A DNA stretch of 64,000 nt from Saccostrea cucullata (taxonomy: Eukaryota): the NCBI RefSeq assembly GCF_032062105.1, contig NW_026925976.1, forward strand, positions 806,001 through 870,000, in the 5' to 3' direction. A model generated the notes under the pieces. It was not told the origin of the DNA and searched no databases. It worked only from the letters and a program-made list of their open reading frames with translations. Below, in pieces: positions 39,245 through 52,133 of this stretch (its first letter is position 1; each line of letters starts with the position of its first letter). Made by a program: the position numbers and the translations under genes.

Positions 39245-39397
39245 CTCACCACGATTTGAGGGTTTATCCCAGTGATTGTGGATTTTTCTTATGTGTTTCT
39301 ATTGGAAAAAAAAGTTATAAATCATTTCAGAGACGTCTGTCCAGGACCAGGCGCCATTTTCTGATTGTCCGCCAATAAACCAGCCGTCACCCCATAT
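39245..39397 (-). pseudogene. C-type lectin exon-3 remnant
   Basis: GTTATAAATCATTTCAGAG..CCAGGACCAGGCGCCATTTTCTGATTGTCCGCCAATAAACCA.CCGTCACC is nearly identical to 21005-21090 but has indels and is truncated. Confidence 0.8.
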
Positions 39398-40769
39398 CTA
39401 TTTAAAAGAAATGCTAGAGTTCCAGACAAAAATCATAATGAAATTTTAGTGCATAATAAATATTTTTTCCCCTATAATATTTTTCCGTATATCATACTTT
39501 GTCTTTCCTTTCAAGCAGAGATTTATAGTAATGATGGTCTCCCCTCATTATAAACACTGTCAGTGAGAATTAAATTGTTCATTGTATATTGTTAATTAAT
39601 GATAAAATATGCCACAGCATAATAAAACATAACACTACTTTCATTAGATTGTTTTTAATTAGCCTGTGAAAACTAAATGACATTCATTTGTCATCTTACC
39701 TTTGTGTGGCATAACATTCAGCATTTTGTTGTTGATATTTTTAAAGAAAAAAAATGTTTTATAATACTCTCGATAATTTTATGCAAAGAAGTATTTATAA
39801 TCAAATCACCATTTCTTTCATCCTTATAAATGTTATCAATGCATCATCTATTAAAGAGAATAAATCTACATATCCTGTGTCTAATTCACTCGAATTGTAC
39901 TGCATATAAACCTACTTTACCAAATATTCTGAAATGATTCAGACAGCCTTCCAACTTGGATAAATTTACCTTGACATTTTTTCTGAACTGTTGCCTGACG
40001 CATTTAACCTATTTATTTTTTATATAATCTAAACTGGTATGATAAGTGTTTCAAATTCGTTGGAACACATTTGTGATCTATATTATGTCAAATGGAAGAT
40101 CATTTCAGAATAAAGAGACAAATAGAAAAAAATATTTAGTTTTCATCAAAGAGCGTTAATTTTAAATTTGTTTAAATATCGATTACTGTTGCTTGTCGAA
40201 TAAACGTACATGATGATTGTTATGCCAAAGTGGTACAAAACAGGAACCCTAGAGTCGTGCAGTAATGAGTCGATCTTGACGTCGAAAGAATGAATCTCAC
40301 ATAGAGACCGTTTCGTATTGCCGTAGATGCTAAAAAGAAAAAAAAGCATCTTACTTCTTAATGGACACAAGTGCCGAGTGTATGTTTGAAAATTGCAGCC
40401 GTCTATTGGCAAGTGGTGGTACTCAATATAAGAAAATTATTCCCAAAATGTACTTAGACAAATAAAAACCTATGTATCAAATTAAGTGTTTACAGTTATA
40501 GGGTAATTTGCTTCTTCATTTACTGTGAAATTCATTTGTAATAAGCTTGTTTGTTCTTCAGTCTCAAAATACCAAGCAGATATTTAAAAAAAACACATAT
40601 AGAGAGACGGGTATAATTTTTTTTATTACATGTATACAACATTCTTTTCATCTTTGAAAATATTCTTGAAATTGATAAAATTGTACAGTATATAATAAAA
40701 CATTTTATTGTTTCTTAGGAAGCGGGTATAAATGTAGTTAAAATGCTGCTTGGATAAATAATTTTCTTA

Positions 40770-43700
40770 TTAGTTTTTCCAAGAACAGTTGTACCCAGAG
40801 TAACCAGGTTTGCATCCATGAAGACAAAACGTAGTAGTTATGTCACAACTTCCGTCTCCCCCGCAGTTTCTGGGACAGGTGCCTCTACATGAGAACCCCC
40901 TGTATCCTGGCTTACATCCATCATCACAAAACGAAGTATACCTATGACACAACAACAAAAATAAGATGCTCATGGACCCTAACCGCAGATTTCTTCTCCT
41001 ATATTTTCATATGTAAAGCTGTCATATGCAAAGCTTTGATCACCTGTTCTTTGCACAACAGGTGCCATGTTTTGGAGAAAATTGAATCTAAACGTTCTGA
41101 AGATAGATGCTTCTATATTCATATGACATATTTTGGCTTAGTATGTTCTTGAAAATAGACTTTAAAAGATGTCTGAAACTCTACCCTGTGGCGTGGGGGG
41201 TTGGAGTTGATTTGAGCAAAATTGAACCTACACTACCTGGGTATGCTTCCATATTCATTTAACAAATGCATGACTATTGTTCTGGAGAAGAAGAATTTCA
41301 ATGATGTTTCATATACGGTTTATTTGTATAATTTTGACCCATCCAACTACTGGGGAATGCCTTGAACAAATGTGAATCGCCAATACTTGGGGATGCTTCC
41401 ATGTCAGTTTGACTTATTGCTTTGTTTTTGAAAATATTTTTCCTGCACTTTCCTATGTAAGACTTTGATCCTCCACTGTGGCTCCACCCTACCTCAAGGG
41501 GTCATGATTTGAGCATTATTGAATATTCACTACCTAGGAATAATTCCGCATCAAATTGACTATAATAGTAACTTTGTTTTTTTTTTTTAAGTTTGTTAAT
41601 TTAAAATGATTAATATTTTATAGAAAACTTTTATTGTGGTTCCACCATACCCACGGGAGTCATGATTTGAACAAACTTGAATCTTATAACAGTACATGAG
41701 GATGCTTCAGATTGAACATGACTAATTCCGACTTTGTTGTGCTTAAGATTTTTAAAGATGATTCCATTTATTATACTTCTGTTAAAATGTTTCCTTTATA
41801 AAGTTCAGAAGTTAAAATAGCTATCCTTTATAGTTCACGCATAGCAAAGCTATACCCCGGGGTATAGTTTTAATTTGCTATCCACCCTCGGAAAATTTTC
41901 ATACAATTGTTGCCTCCAAATTTTGATTTCCAGCGATAAATCTATTGACTGATGATAAATCTTTAAATGATGATGTCATAATGACTTAAGTAGCATTGTG
42001 ACGTCACCAGGATTTCAGATTATTCTTGCAGAATAATCTTAATTCAAAAAAATTCAAACCTCAGAAATTATATTATACATCAGTATAAAAAGCGCTTATG
42101 CACTGGTTGTGAGTAGGATAGCTCTTTTATCAAACCCTTGACAGGAACTATTCCCCTCGGGCAAGCCCTCGGGGAATAGTTCTCTGTCGCGGGTTTGATA
42201 AAAGAGCTATCCCACTCACACCCAGTGGACGTATAATATCTTATATTTGCATATCCACTGCTCTCTCTCACTATGAACCTGCAGACTTTAACTGCATTCA
42301 TAGCTCTATGAACGCAACTGCTCTTGCTATGAGTGCTCTCATTGCTCTTTAGCACTCGTGTAGTACAAGCTCTTCTACACTCCTAAGTCGTGTTGAGAAG
42401 TATATATACGAAGTGTTTAGTCAAAGGAATAAATGTAAACTTTTTAATAATAATTTTTGGAAAAAAAGAAATTCAGAACAATTTAGAATTGCTGTTTTAT
42501 ATCTTTAAAAATTTAATTTTTGCCAATGTATTTAATTGTATAATAAAATTTTTTTAAAATTGAAAAGAATTGCCATATTTTTATTTTTTCTTATCATATT
42601 TTTGCATATTTGTACAAAGAACGATAACTCTTCACACAAGGGTGATAAAACATTCAGGAAAAGCAAAATTTCTTTAATTTAATAGTTTGTCTATTTCAAG
42701 AACAGTTTCAGCTCTTAAAAATAAATAGGAAAAAAAACATATAGAAAAACATTCTGGAGTTATAATGATTATTAAAGCATTCTCTTTTCATCAAACGGCT
42801 GTATTATTGATTTTTGTCAGAGGGTTTCAATAACGTTGATCGATGACGTCACATCTGCATCAAAACAAAAATTAAGAGAATGTAACGACGGCGCAGATTG
42901 TATCTAGATAACTGTGTTTTAAAAGAGGCTACTACTTTATAAATTGTTTGTGATTTATTAGAGAAAAGGTGCAATGATCAGGTATACTAATTTTAAAGCC
43001 GTGTGTTTTTCTTTACTGAAGACAACAAGCCACATCCTTACGTAAGCCAGGATTTCCTCTGATATTCTTGACAACATCAAAGAATGCAAATATAAGTAAT
43101 AAACAACGATTATTTAGTGAACATGGCGTTATGAATAGCAATAGCTCTGCTGGCATATTATCCATGATGCGCTAACGCGCATCATGGAATATGCCAGCAG
43201 AGCAATTGCTATTCATAACGCCATGTTCACTAAATAATGTTGTTTATTTCTTAAATGTAAAACTTAATCCTCCATTGTGACCCAATCTTATGCTTGAGTT
43301 CCTGATTTGAACAAACTTCATTCTTCAAGTTTCTAGTCCATTATTTCTTGAGAGGATGATTTAAAAAAGTTTACATCTAATTCTTATTAATTTTTAATTA
43401 TTTCCATTCATTTCAACTGAAAAATTTGAATATCCCTTCACACAAGGATGCTTTTTGACAACGTTGGTCAAAATTGGCCCAGTAGTTCTTAAGACGATGA
43501 CCCAAAAATGTTTTACAGACAGACAAATTAACAGACGGACGCCAGATAAAATGTAGTCAGAAAAGGAGAGCTAAAAATCACTGATTATAAAATACTGTAG
43601 CAATTCAAATGGATTTGTGTCCCCATGAAATTTTATTATTAATGATTATGATTCATGTTTATAATAAGGATTATAATTCCAATTTACATACCTGCTACAA

Positions 43701-44587
43701 TTTCCAGATCCAGCACAGTTAGGAGAACAGGTCTTCTTACACTTTAAACCCCAGTACTTTGGCAAACAATCACTAGAACAGTATCCAGTGTATTTGCCAC
43801 ATGCACCGTCTCCTCCACAAAAACCACATTCCTGGTCGCATCTCCAGCCATAGAATCCCACCTGACAGGCTAAACAATCAAATTTACACAAACAATGTTT
43901 CTCTGTGTTACTGATTATTCATTTAAAACGCTACTAAAATTATATAATGTATACATAGATAATATTTACATATATGATGCAATATGCCATGCAGGATGCA
44001 TGGACTAACAACTTCAAAGTAATATAAGGTGGAAAAAAGTATCCAATGCTTGTATGCATTTTCTCAATTCTTTTTGTTTTTTAGGAATGAAGTTTAGAAA
44101 ATTATTGTACGAGTTTTGTAATTGTTAATGATTTTTGTTAAAAAATAATTATTAAGGGTTTAGTAGTGTTACGTTTTAACACGTCTCTTCTCAATCATAT
44201 CTTCATTTCTTTGATAAATGTTTATAAAGAAACCTATTTCGAATTATACATGTGTATATATAAGTTATAAAATTGTAATTATTTAATTTAATTTCCTTTT
44301 CTACGGAATACATTCGGTTGGGATTATAACTTACAATTACTAACATTTTTTTCAGCATTTGTCATACTGAGAAAATACATATATATACATGTACACATCA
44401 TAATGATTTATTGCTTCACCTCTTCTATTTGAAAAAATGGTATGCAATTTATTAAAAAAAAAATAATTATTCCAATTTTTTCTTTAGTTTGTTATTTTTG
44501 TTTAGTTGTAAGAATACAAACTCTTATTGATAACCTACCTTCAGAAACAAAAATAGCGGAAAGGAGGAGGAAAGATAGCAGTATCAT
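40770..44587 (-). CDS. small secreted EGF-repeat protein, copy 3 (intact only if exon 2 is skipped)
   Basis: Exons 44587-44539, 43869-43692 and 40941-40770 form an open frame. The exon-2 homolog starting 44366 has TGA at 44364-44362. The last intron is expanded to 2.7 kb by nested repeats (163 bp in copy 2). Confidence 0.75.
42070..42245 (-). repeat. long foldback at the terminus of a Crypton-like non-autonomous element
   Basis: Arms of about 60 bp (42101-42227) around GGGC-AA-GCCC; the minus strand gives a CTTG loop, a tandem GA/GA mismatch and the terminus ATATAAG. Confidence 0.7.
43098..43256 (-). repeat. long foldback at the terminus of a Crypton-like non-autonomous element
   Basis: Arms of about 73 bp with one mismatch and two bulges; loop TAAC (GTTA on the minus strand); terminus ATTTAAGAAATAAA on minus, identical to 59045 on plus. 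Confidence 0.75.
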
Positions 44588-47263
44588 TCTTCTCTAGTTG
44601 CTTTGATCTCTTAATATCTAAAAATAAAGAAAATAATTACAGTGATTTTACGATTAAACTATTTTGAAATATTCATATTTGCCAAAGCTCTGTCAATAGT
44701 AGCGTAATTAGGGATAAACAGGTAGTTTGTAATTTATTAAGGTTGATATTCTATTACATCAATTGTAAAAAATACACAGTAAAAAGCTTAAGGGAAGATG
44801 TACGTTAACCACGAAAGAAAAATTTACATAAAAGCAACGCCATTGTTTTCTGAGAAAATAATAAAGTGACATATGATTTAAACAAACAAAAACATAACTT
44901 TGTTTTCATTTTCTTACATATTTAAAAGTTTATCAGGTTAGAATAGAAAGAGCAAGACATTGATTATAAAATTGATATACATGCACATCCTATTCAGTTT
45001 ATGTCTACGTTTCATTTAACTGAGCAGTATAAATGAGTGACGGACATCATGCACCGGCCTAAACTGAAACATCTCTAGCATCGAAAGAACAAGTAAATAT
45101 TTAGACTGTTTCAGTTTTATGTCAATTCTTGAACATAAGCTATGACAAACATGACTTAGAAACAGAAGATGTTTACACTTTCTAGGCATTTGATTCCACT
45201 TATGGAATTTCGGGGTTGGGTGGTGATTTTAACTTTACAGAGATTTATGTTTTCCGTAGATTTTTTTTAGGTTGAACACATTTTGTTATCCTTTTTTTTT
45301 TTATTTCATAAATTTTAGAAATATGACTATTCATCAAGTATCAAATGTATCTCTTATTGCAGTTGACTTTTCGGGATGCAGGTTTTGAAATGACTTTTAG
45401 ACTACATCTCCTGCTTTCCTTTGGGGGAAGGAGGAATAAAACTCATTTTCACTGATACTTGATCATGGACTATTTTCTTAAATGATTTTAAATGACATGC
45501 ATGATAAAATCTGAGCACTCATGCAGTTTATTTATTACTGATATATGTCAAAATTGAGTGTTGATATTTAATAAGTATAAATGGATAAAATCACTGTTCA
45601 TGTAGAATGCTTGTTTGGTTATTGATGATTTATAATAACATCATCATGTTAGAAACATATTGAATCATTAAAATATTTTTTAAAATTTTTAACAAAATAT
45701 AAGGATATTTTAAAGCCAATCATTTTTAAGATTTTTCACTGCAGAATTGAAGTTCTAGTAGACATAATTTTCGAACTTTAAACTTTAAAAAAAGAAGAAT
45801 GGTACATATTTTATGTAATAATGTCCTCCTTCAAATCCAGTATATGACTAAAAGAATGTTTTATAACCATTATAGCGGTAGATGTCCTGAAGGAAAAATC
45901 GTTATCAGACTTTCAGAAGACGTCTTGGTCATTGAATTATAAATACAGTTTGAGATTTCTGCAGAATTTCAAATGGAAAAAATATAAAGCTTCAACTATT
46001 CTAGTACTTACTATAACCGCTGACATTACTTTCTGGGACGCAAAGCAAACTCACCTGAAACATTCAGCTGTTAAAGGCAAATGCTTCAATGGTGGTAAAA
46101 CTTACCTTACCTCCTGGCTAGTGTACTCTTCGGACAAATAATTTTGCTTTAAGTCACAGACAAATTATTAGTACCTACCCACCGTAAATATGATTTGTCA
46201 CGTAGGTTGACAATGATACATGAACAACTGCTCAAAAACTGAAGCATACGTATGGGATTCTGTATAACAGCTTGTCTAAAAAATACTTGTTGTTTTGGCA
46301 TAGATTGATTTTGAGTTTTTCTCAATATTGTTTTCACTATAAATTCTGTCGTTAAAAGAGGATCATAAGGTCGAGATTTTTTTCTCAAAATAATAACAAT
46401 TTAGCACTTAAAGAGAGCATTTGTCCTTCATTGCCCTCACAAAATAAAATTAAAAAACGGCAGAAAAATTAAAGCAATATGAGCTGGAAATTTGACATGG
46501 GAAAATTTTGCTGCAAATTTGTAATTAAATATTTCAATGATAGAAAAAAAGAACATTTATAAACTTCTATTGTTCACATTTGCGATGGGAAAACTTTTCA
46601 TAAGCTTTAATTGAAACAAAATTACATTTAGAATGGATTAGATGTCAAATTTTAATTTCTGCTAAAGTTTTCACTAGGATTTTTCTGTGCTGAGATTGAA
46701 TGTTTAAAAATTGATTACGAATGCTTGTTTACATCTGTGCAGTTGATATATGTAAATTGCACTTAGATAATAGGAAAATTTTTCAATATGTCGAAAAGCC
46801 AGCAAACGATCGCGAATTATGTCTGTTGCAATATTTTTTTGTTGTAGATGACATTCGCGTTATAAAGTCTGTGTAACATCAACACAAATATTTACTGTAG
46901 GTCGTCTGAATCAGAGATTCGACTGAAAAACAGCTTTCATACCATATTAAAATCATACATTCTAAAGATTTTTTGAGAATTTACCAGGTTCAAAAAACGT
47001 CTTGTTTAAATCTTATGAAAGTCTCAGAAACCATATGCTTAACTAGCTATCATATATCAGTTTAGTAATATAAAGACCAACGTACATGTAGGGTCTGATT
47101 TTGCAACTTTAACATTATGGTATAAATTAAAGCATGTCAACATAATAAAGGGTACACAATTTAAAAAGATAATACACGTAATATTAAATTTCATCTTTGA
47201 TATCTACTGAAGAAGAAAAGAAAAAATGTATTTTGTTTTTATTTTATTTAAAAATCACACATG

Positions 47264-48719
47264 TTAACATGTTGTTCTTTCACAGATGTATCCCATCCTT
47301 GGGATTGGACGAGAAGTCACATAGCCCCACTGGAGATCGCTTTTGAAAATGACAGCAAAGTTTTTGACCACGGTTTGGGGTATTATTCCAGTGCGTGTTG
47401 ATCTTTCGATGGGAAAATTGTTATAAATCATTTCAGAGCCATCTGCCCAGGACCAAGCGCCATTTTCTGATTGTCCACCGATAAACCAACCGTCACCACC
47501 GCTATCTGTAAAAATCAAATGCAAAATTACAGACAAAAAATCACAAGGATGTGTAAGAGTGCCTAATGAAATAATTTCCCTTTATAATATACAAATTTTT
47601 TTTTTTATGCAGGGGTATAAAGAGATGAGGGTGTCCTTATTTCCTTGCATCTGTAACACTTAGGGGTATCCATTTCCATTCCGCAACTACACTTAAACAA
47701 CTGATTAAAATTTTACGAGATTTTCACAAAATCATCTTCCTTTTCAGTGCAATTGTGATTTCATTTTTTTTTCTTTTGATCCGATAGATAATTGGAATAT
47801 TAATTTGCAAGACCTGGATGCTCCTGATTTTTCCTGTAACTTATAGCAATCTTTATTTGTATTTCCTCCAATAACAATGTAAATTTTATTTAATGAAGCT
47901 TTACATCTCATTTATTATATAAAGTGCCATTTTTGTTTTCATCTAACAGATCTAGAGATTTGGAGTTGCCTATACCAAATGAACTTTGCCATTACATTCT
48001 GATATGTATTGGAGCGCGTGAAGAGATAATTTGTTTTCAGAGGACAATTCTTACAGAATCTCTTGATTTCATTGTTTTAAATGATTTATCATCTAAAGTT
48101 TATATTGCGTCAAAGAAGTAGAATTCAATATGTTCAGAAAGATGTTTTATATTTGACATAACAGTGTATTATTATTTATTTAAAAGAACCTCTACAACTG
48201 GTTATATTCTACAAAAATATTTCAGGAAATGCAAATATTTTGTTGACATTTTTAAAAGAAGTTATCCCACTTATGAAACAACTAAAAAAATTGATTAACG
48301 TTTAACTTACTGCACTCTCCGGCGAGAAAGGTTTTCAGAGCTTGGTCCTCGTTTCTGTTTTCAATTTTAACTAGGTCCCAGCCTCTTGTTCTTCGACACT
48401 CATCCCGAGCCTGTTCCCAGGTTAGAGGTCTGTTGAAATCAATGATACGGTAGCGGCTACTGGCTCTGGTGGTGTCTTAAATAGAAATGACCTAATAGTC
48501 TAAACAATTCAAATATAACAGACAATGATGAAAAAAGTGACAATAACAACTAGTGATGGATCTTTATTTAAAAATCTGATCTTTCATAAGATGTATGCAT
48601 TTTCTGAATAATTAATGCAATTATGAGTGTATAGGTAAGGCAGTGCAGTGTTGTTTTCTATTAAACTTACCTATCACAAACACAGCAAACAAAACAACAA
48701 GGAAAGCTGAGGAACTCAT
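47264..48719 (-). CDS. secreted C-type lectin-like protein, copy B (151 aa)
   Basis: Exons 48719-48671 (MSSSAFLVVLFAVFVI), 48475-48311, 47505-47264; intact and closely similar to copy A. Confidence 0.88.
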
Positions 48720-50454
48720 CTGTCAATTTATAAATAAATGATGTGAATTAAACATTGAAAAATACAAAATACATCACACAAGATAAGGCATTGGTTCTAT
48801 TCAAATGTTATTTTTATTTTTTATTATTTAAATTAAGTCTATGTGACTCTCCTTCTCTCTCTCTAATTCTTTTTAAAGAAAAAAAAACTTTATTGATTGA
48901 TTAACTCTAAAGAAATCTTTGTTTCTGCCTTTATATAAGCGGCTAACATCAACTACATACCTTATTTTGTTTCTTCCAAATTGACAAAAAAATCAAAAAT
49001 TGCCAAATATATATACAACCAAATGGTGGAATTCCCCAAGCCTGCGGTTTTTGAAATCTTAATATTAAACATATTTCATTTAATCATAAGAAGTTATCAT
49101 TAATAATTTATTTAGCGACAAGAAAATAACATTCTGAATATTAAAGATCTAAACGGCGCATTAAAGTTTGTTTATTTGGAAATCTGTACTTTAAGTCCAT
49201 TGTAATCTACATAAAAGAAATCCGATGCATTTTCCGTAAACCAGGTTCTTTGGTCTTAGCATATATCCGGTTGATTTACATCATATATGTAATGGGGTTT
49301 TGGAGGAAGCTAATTAATAATAAATATCTTCTCATGCTTCTGTTGGGTACATGTAGTTTTATAATTATCTAGTGTTTCTCATAAATTGAAAAAATAAAAA
49401 TTCGTCAGATTATCTGTCAATGACTTATATTTTCTTTTAGACAACATATTCACTTGTTTTCAATTTTAACAAGGTAAGAAGTACTATTGCGAAATATATG
49501 CATTTGGACACTATCAGTTGTTTACTTATTTCATTGTGCAAAATATTTTTTGAATATTAATTGGGATTTCCAAACCGAACTATTTTTAAATTGAATTAGT
49601 GTTCATTATTCAAATGCTGTTATTGAATAACACCTGTTAACAGGTAAGCAGTGAAAATATATGCTACATAAAAATTCAATGTTCCTCACCTCAAGTCTGT
49701 AAATCTACATAGCACTGATTTAATTACTCAATTTTGTGAAAGAAAAAAATCAACTTTAAAACTTTTGCGTGTTACTATCTTTTACTTTAAAAAACAGGAG
49801 TCCATTGATTCGTAAACTGAGCTTCATTATACGCATTTTCTCCCAACAATCGTTAAGGTCCTATTTTTATATAACTATTGTCAGCAGACAGACAAATAAA
49901 GGTAAAAATTACAAATTTTTCCTCTTTTCATTTTCTCCTTTTGATAAAATGTATAATGCATTCCAGTTTTGTTAAATAATTGTACTGTATTATTTCATTT
50001 GTGAAGGGAGTTGCCATTATTCAGAAGTATACTTACTGGAGTTTCATATTCATGTATGACTGTATATTGTTAAAACATAATTGTATAAGGGATCTATCGT
50101 TGTCGACAAGTTATGCGTTATCAATTATAAATAATCAAATTAATAATTGATAATATTCGATCCTTTTGGTTCGAATAGATAAGTATGGTGTGTATCTAAT
50201 TTGCTTTGATCCATTTTTTTTTATCTCAGTACTCAATAAGACATATTTGCCATTGCTTTTTTATTTCTTTCCTTTGCCTTATATTTCCTCGAAAAATCAT
50301 TTTTTTTTTTTTAAAAAGCGGAAATTGTTTACATTAAAAAACGAATACAATAAACATGTATCAGTAGGCAGGTGATTAACGTACATTAATTGTCCATTTC
50401 TTTTTTATTATTATTATTATTATTTTTGTTGTTGTATTAAGATATACTGTCAAC

Positions 50455-50600
50455 TTTTTTTTTTAATTTTTTTTATTTTATTATTTATACCAATTGTCAC
50501 AATATATACATGTTTATAATATCTTATTAACATCAAAACATCATTAATACATATTATAAATAAATACAAAAAATATAATAGTGACAATTGAGAGAGAGAG

Positions 50601-50655
<55 letters not shown>

Positions 50656-51697
50656 AAGAGGGATGAGAAATGGTGAAAGAAGAACAGAAAAGCATGTTCA
50701 TAGAAATAAATAGTGGTATATGTATGTCCAAGCATTGCAAAAGGTCTTAGGGCGTCTGGTTTCAGGGTCTTACATGAGTAGAAGCCAGTCTTTCCATTTT
50801 TCATTAAAATCATTAATTTGATTACTTTTTGTTGCACTATATTTCATAGTAGATAGCAATGTTTTAATATCTCCACGTAATGCTTGTAATTTTAAAACCT
50901 CATTCCGACATTTAGTTCTGTATATAAATGATTTAATACTTAAAAATATTGTATTTAATTCAGTATTGTTGGGTTTTGGATTCCCAAATATGAAATTACA
51001 ACTATCTTTTGGAAAGTCTATATTATGAGATTCACAAAGAATAGTAAAACTATGTAAAAGCTCCTGAACCTTCTGGCATTCCCACATAATATGAAAAATT
51101 GTTTCCTCACATGTCTCACAGAAGCTACATAGTTAAGTATCCCTCAAACCTATTTTATATAACATTTTATTTGTAACTAAGATATGTTGATTTATTCTGA
51201 ATTGTAGCCATTGTAATTTAGAACTTTTTGTACATTGAAAAGGAATTTTGTATATCATTTCCCATAGGGAATCTTGAATGTCAAAATGTTTACTCCATTT
51301 TACTTTTGAAACAGGCACTATGTGTTCTGTATTCAAAATATTATACATAGCTTTTGTTCCCTTTTTACATAGACAGAATAATTTTAAATAAAAAGGTAGA
51401 ATGGGCCTTGGGTTTAATCTTTCTTTGTTTACTTTTTCTACGGCCATTGCTTCTTTTACTGCTTTCTGTAAACTTGCATATGTTAAAAAGATGGTTTCTA
51501 TATTAAATTTTTGCTTTTAGATCCTTTAATCCTAGAAAAGTTCCCTTTTCATCTAACAAGTCTGAGATAAAAACTACACCATTAATAAACCATTTGGAAT
51601 AAAAAAAATGGGCTTATTGTCAATTTTAAGTTTTTTATTGTACCATAATGGTTGGGAGATAAAATCTTCCCATGATTCTATTCTCATTTTGTCTTCC
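50455..51697 (-). mobile_element. 5'-truncated L1/Tx1-like LINE (C-terminal zf-RVT region, 3' UTR, A-rich tail)
   Basis: KLQWLQFRINQHILVTNKMLYKIGL..*LCSFCETCEETIFHIMWEC (CCHC finger), upstream QPLWYN motif, (TC)n in the 3' UTR, A-rich tail at 50455-50490. Confidence 0.8.
50590..50660. repeat. (GA)n microsatellite
   Basis: About 30 GA units with minor interruptions, inside the LINE 3' UTR. Confidence 0.95.
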
Positions 51698-52133
51698 CAT
51701 TTGGGAAAAATTGATTAAAGGAATAATTGTCTGATTTTTTGTGATCAAACAGAAGGCGTTTTTGCATAAAACAATCCTCTGAGGACCTCTGATCATTTTT
51801 ATATAAAATAAATCAAGAAATACATGGAACCCTTAGTGTGTCCGTTGCATGCTGTTATTAAGCTGAAAAATAGGCAAAATGGGGTAAATTTTGTATTAAG
51901 CTCTGAATTCATAATTGGGTCTCTTTCTAGCTGTATGGCAAAGTCTCCCTTTTGCGCTTAATCGAAATATATATTACGTATAATGGACATTCAATACTCT
52001 TATTATTCAGACTTCTTTCTTTGGAAATAAACAAATCCTGTACATCAAAACATTTATTCAAAGCAAACAATCATTCTGTCAGTATTACCCTTTTTACAAA
52101 TCAAAATTTCTGGTGTACACTGTTATTTAATAA

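Larger units (their letters stand above)
40961..43577 (-). mobile_element. HINE/CvA-like satellite element (reverse orientation) containing nested foldback elements
   Basis: Ends ..CAGACAGAC..ACAGACGGACGCCAGA..GAGCTAAAAA, the reverse complement of the HINE 5' end; tandem units with GATTTGAACAAACTTGAATC; interrupted at about 41795-43256. Confidence 0.65.

Noticed and set aside
44362-44364. TGA at a Cys position read as selenocysteine
   Set aside because: No SECIS recognised and the paralog has TGT; a nonsense mutation is simpler. The same applies to the pol TGA at 14428.
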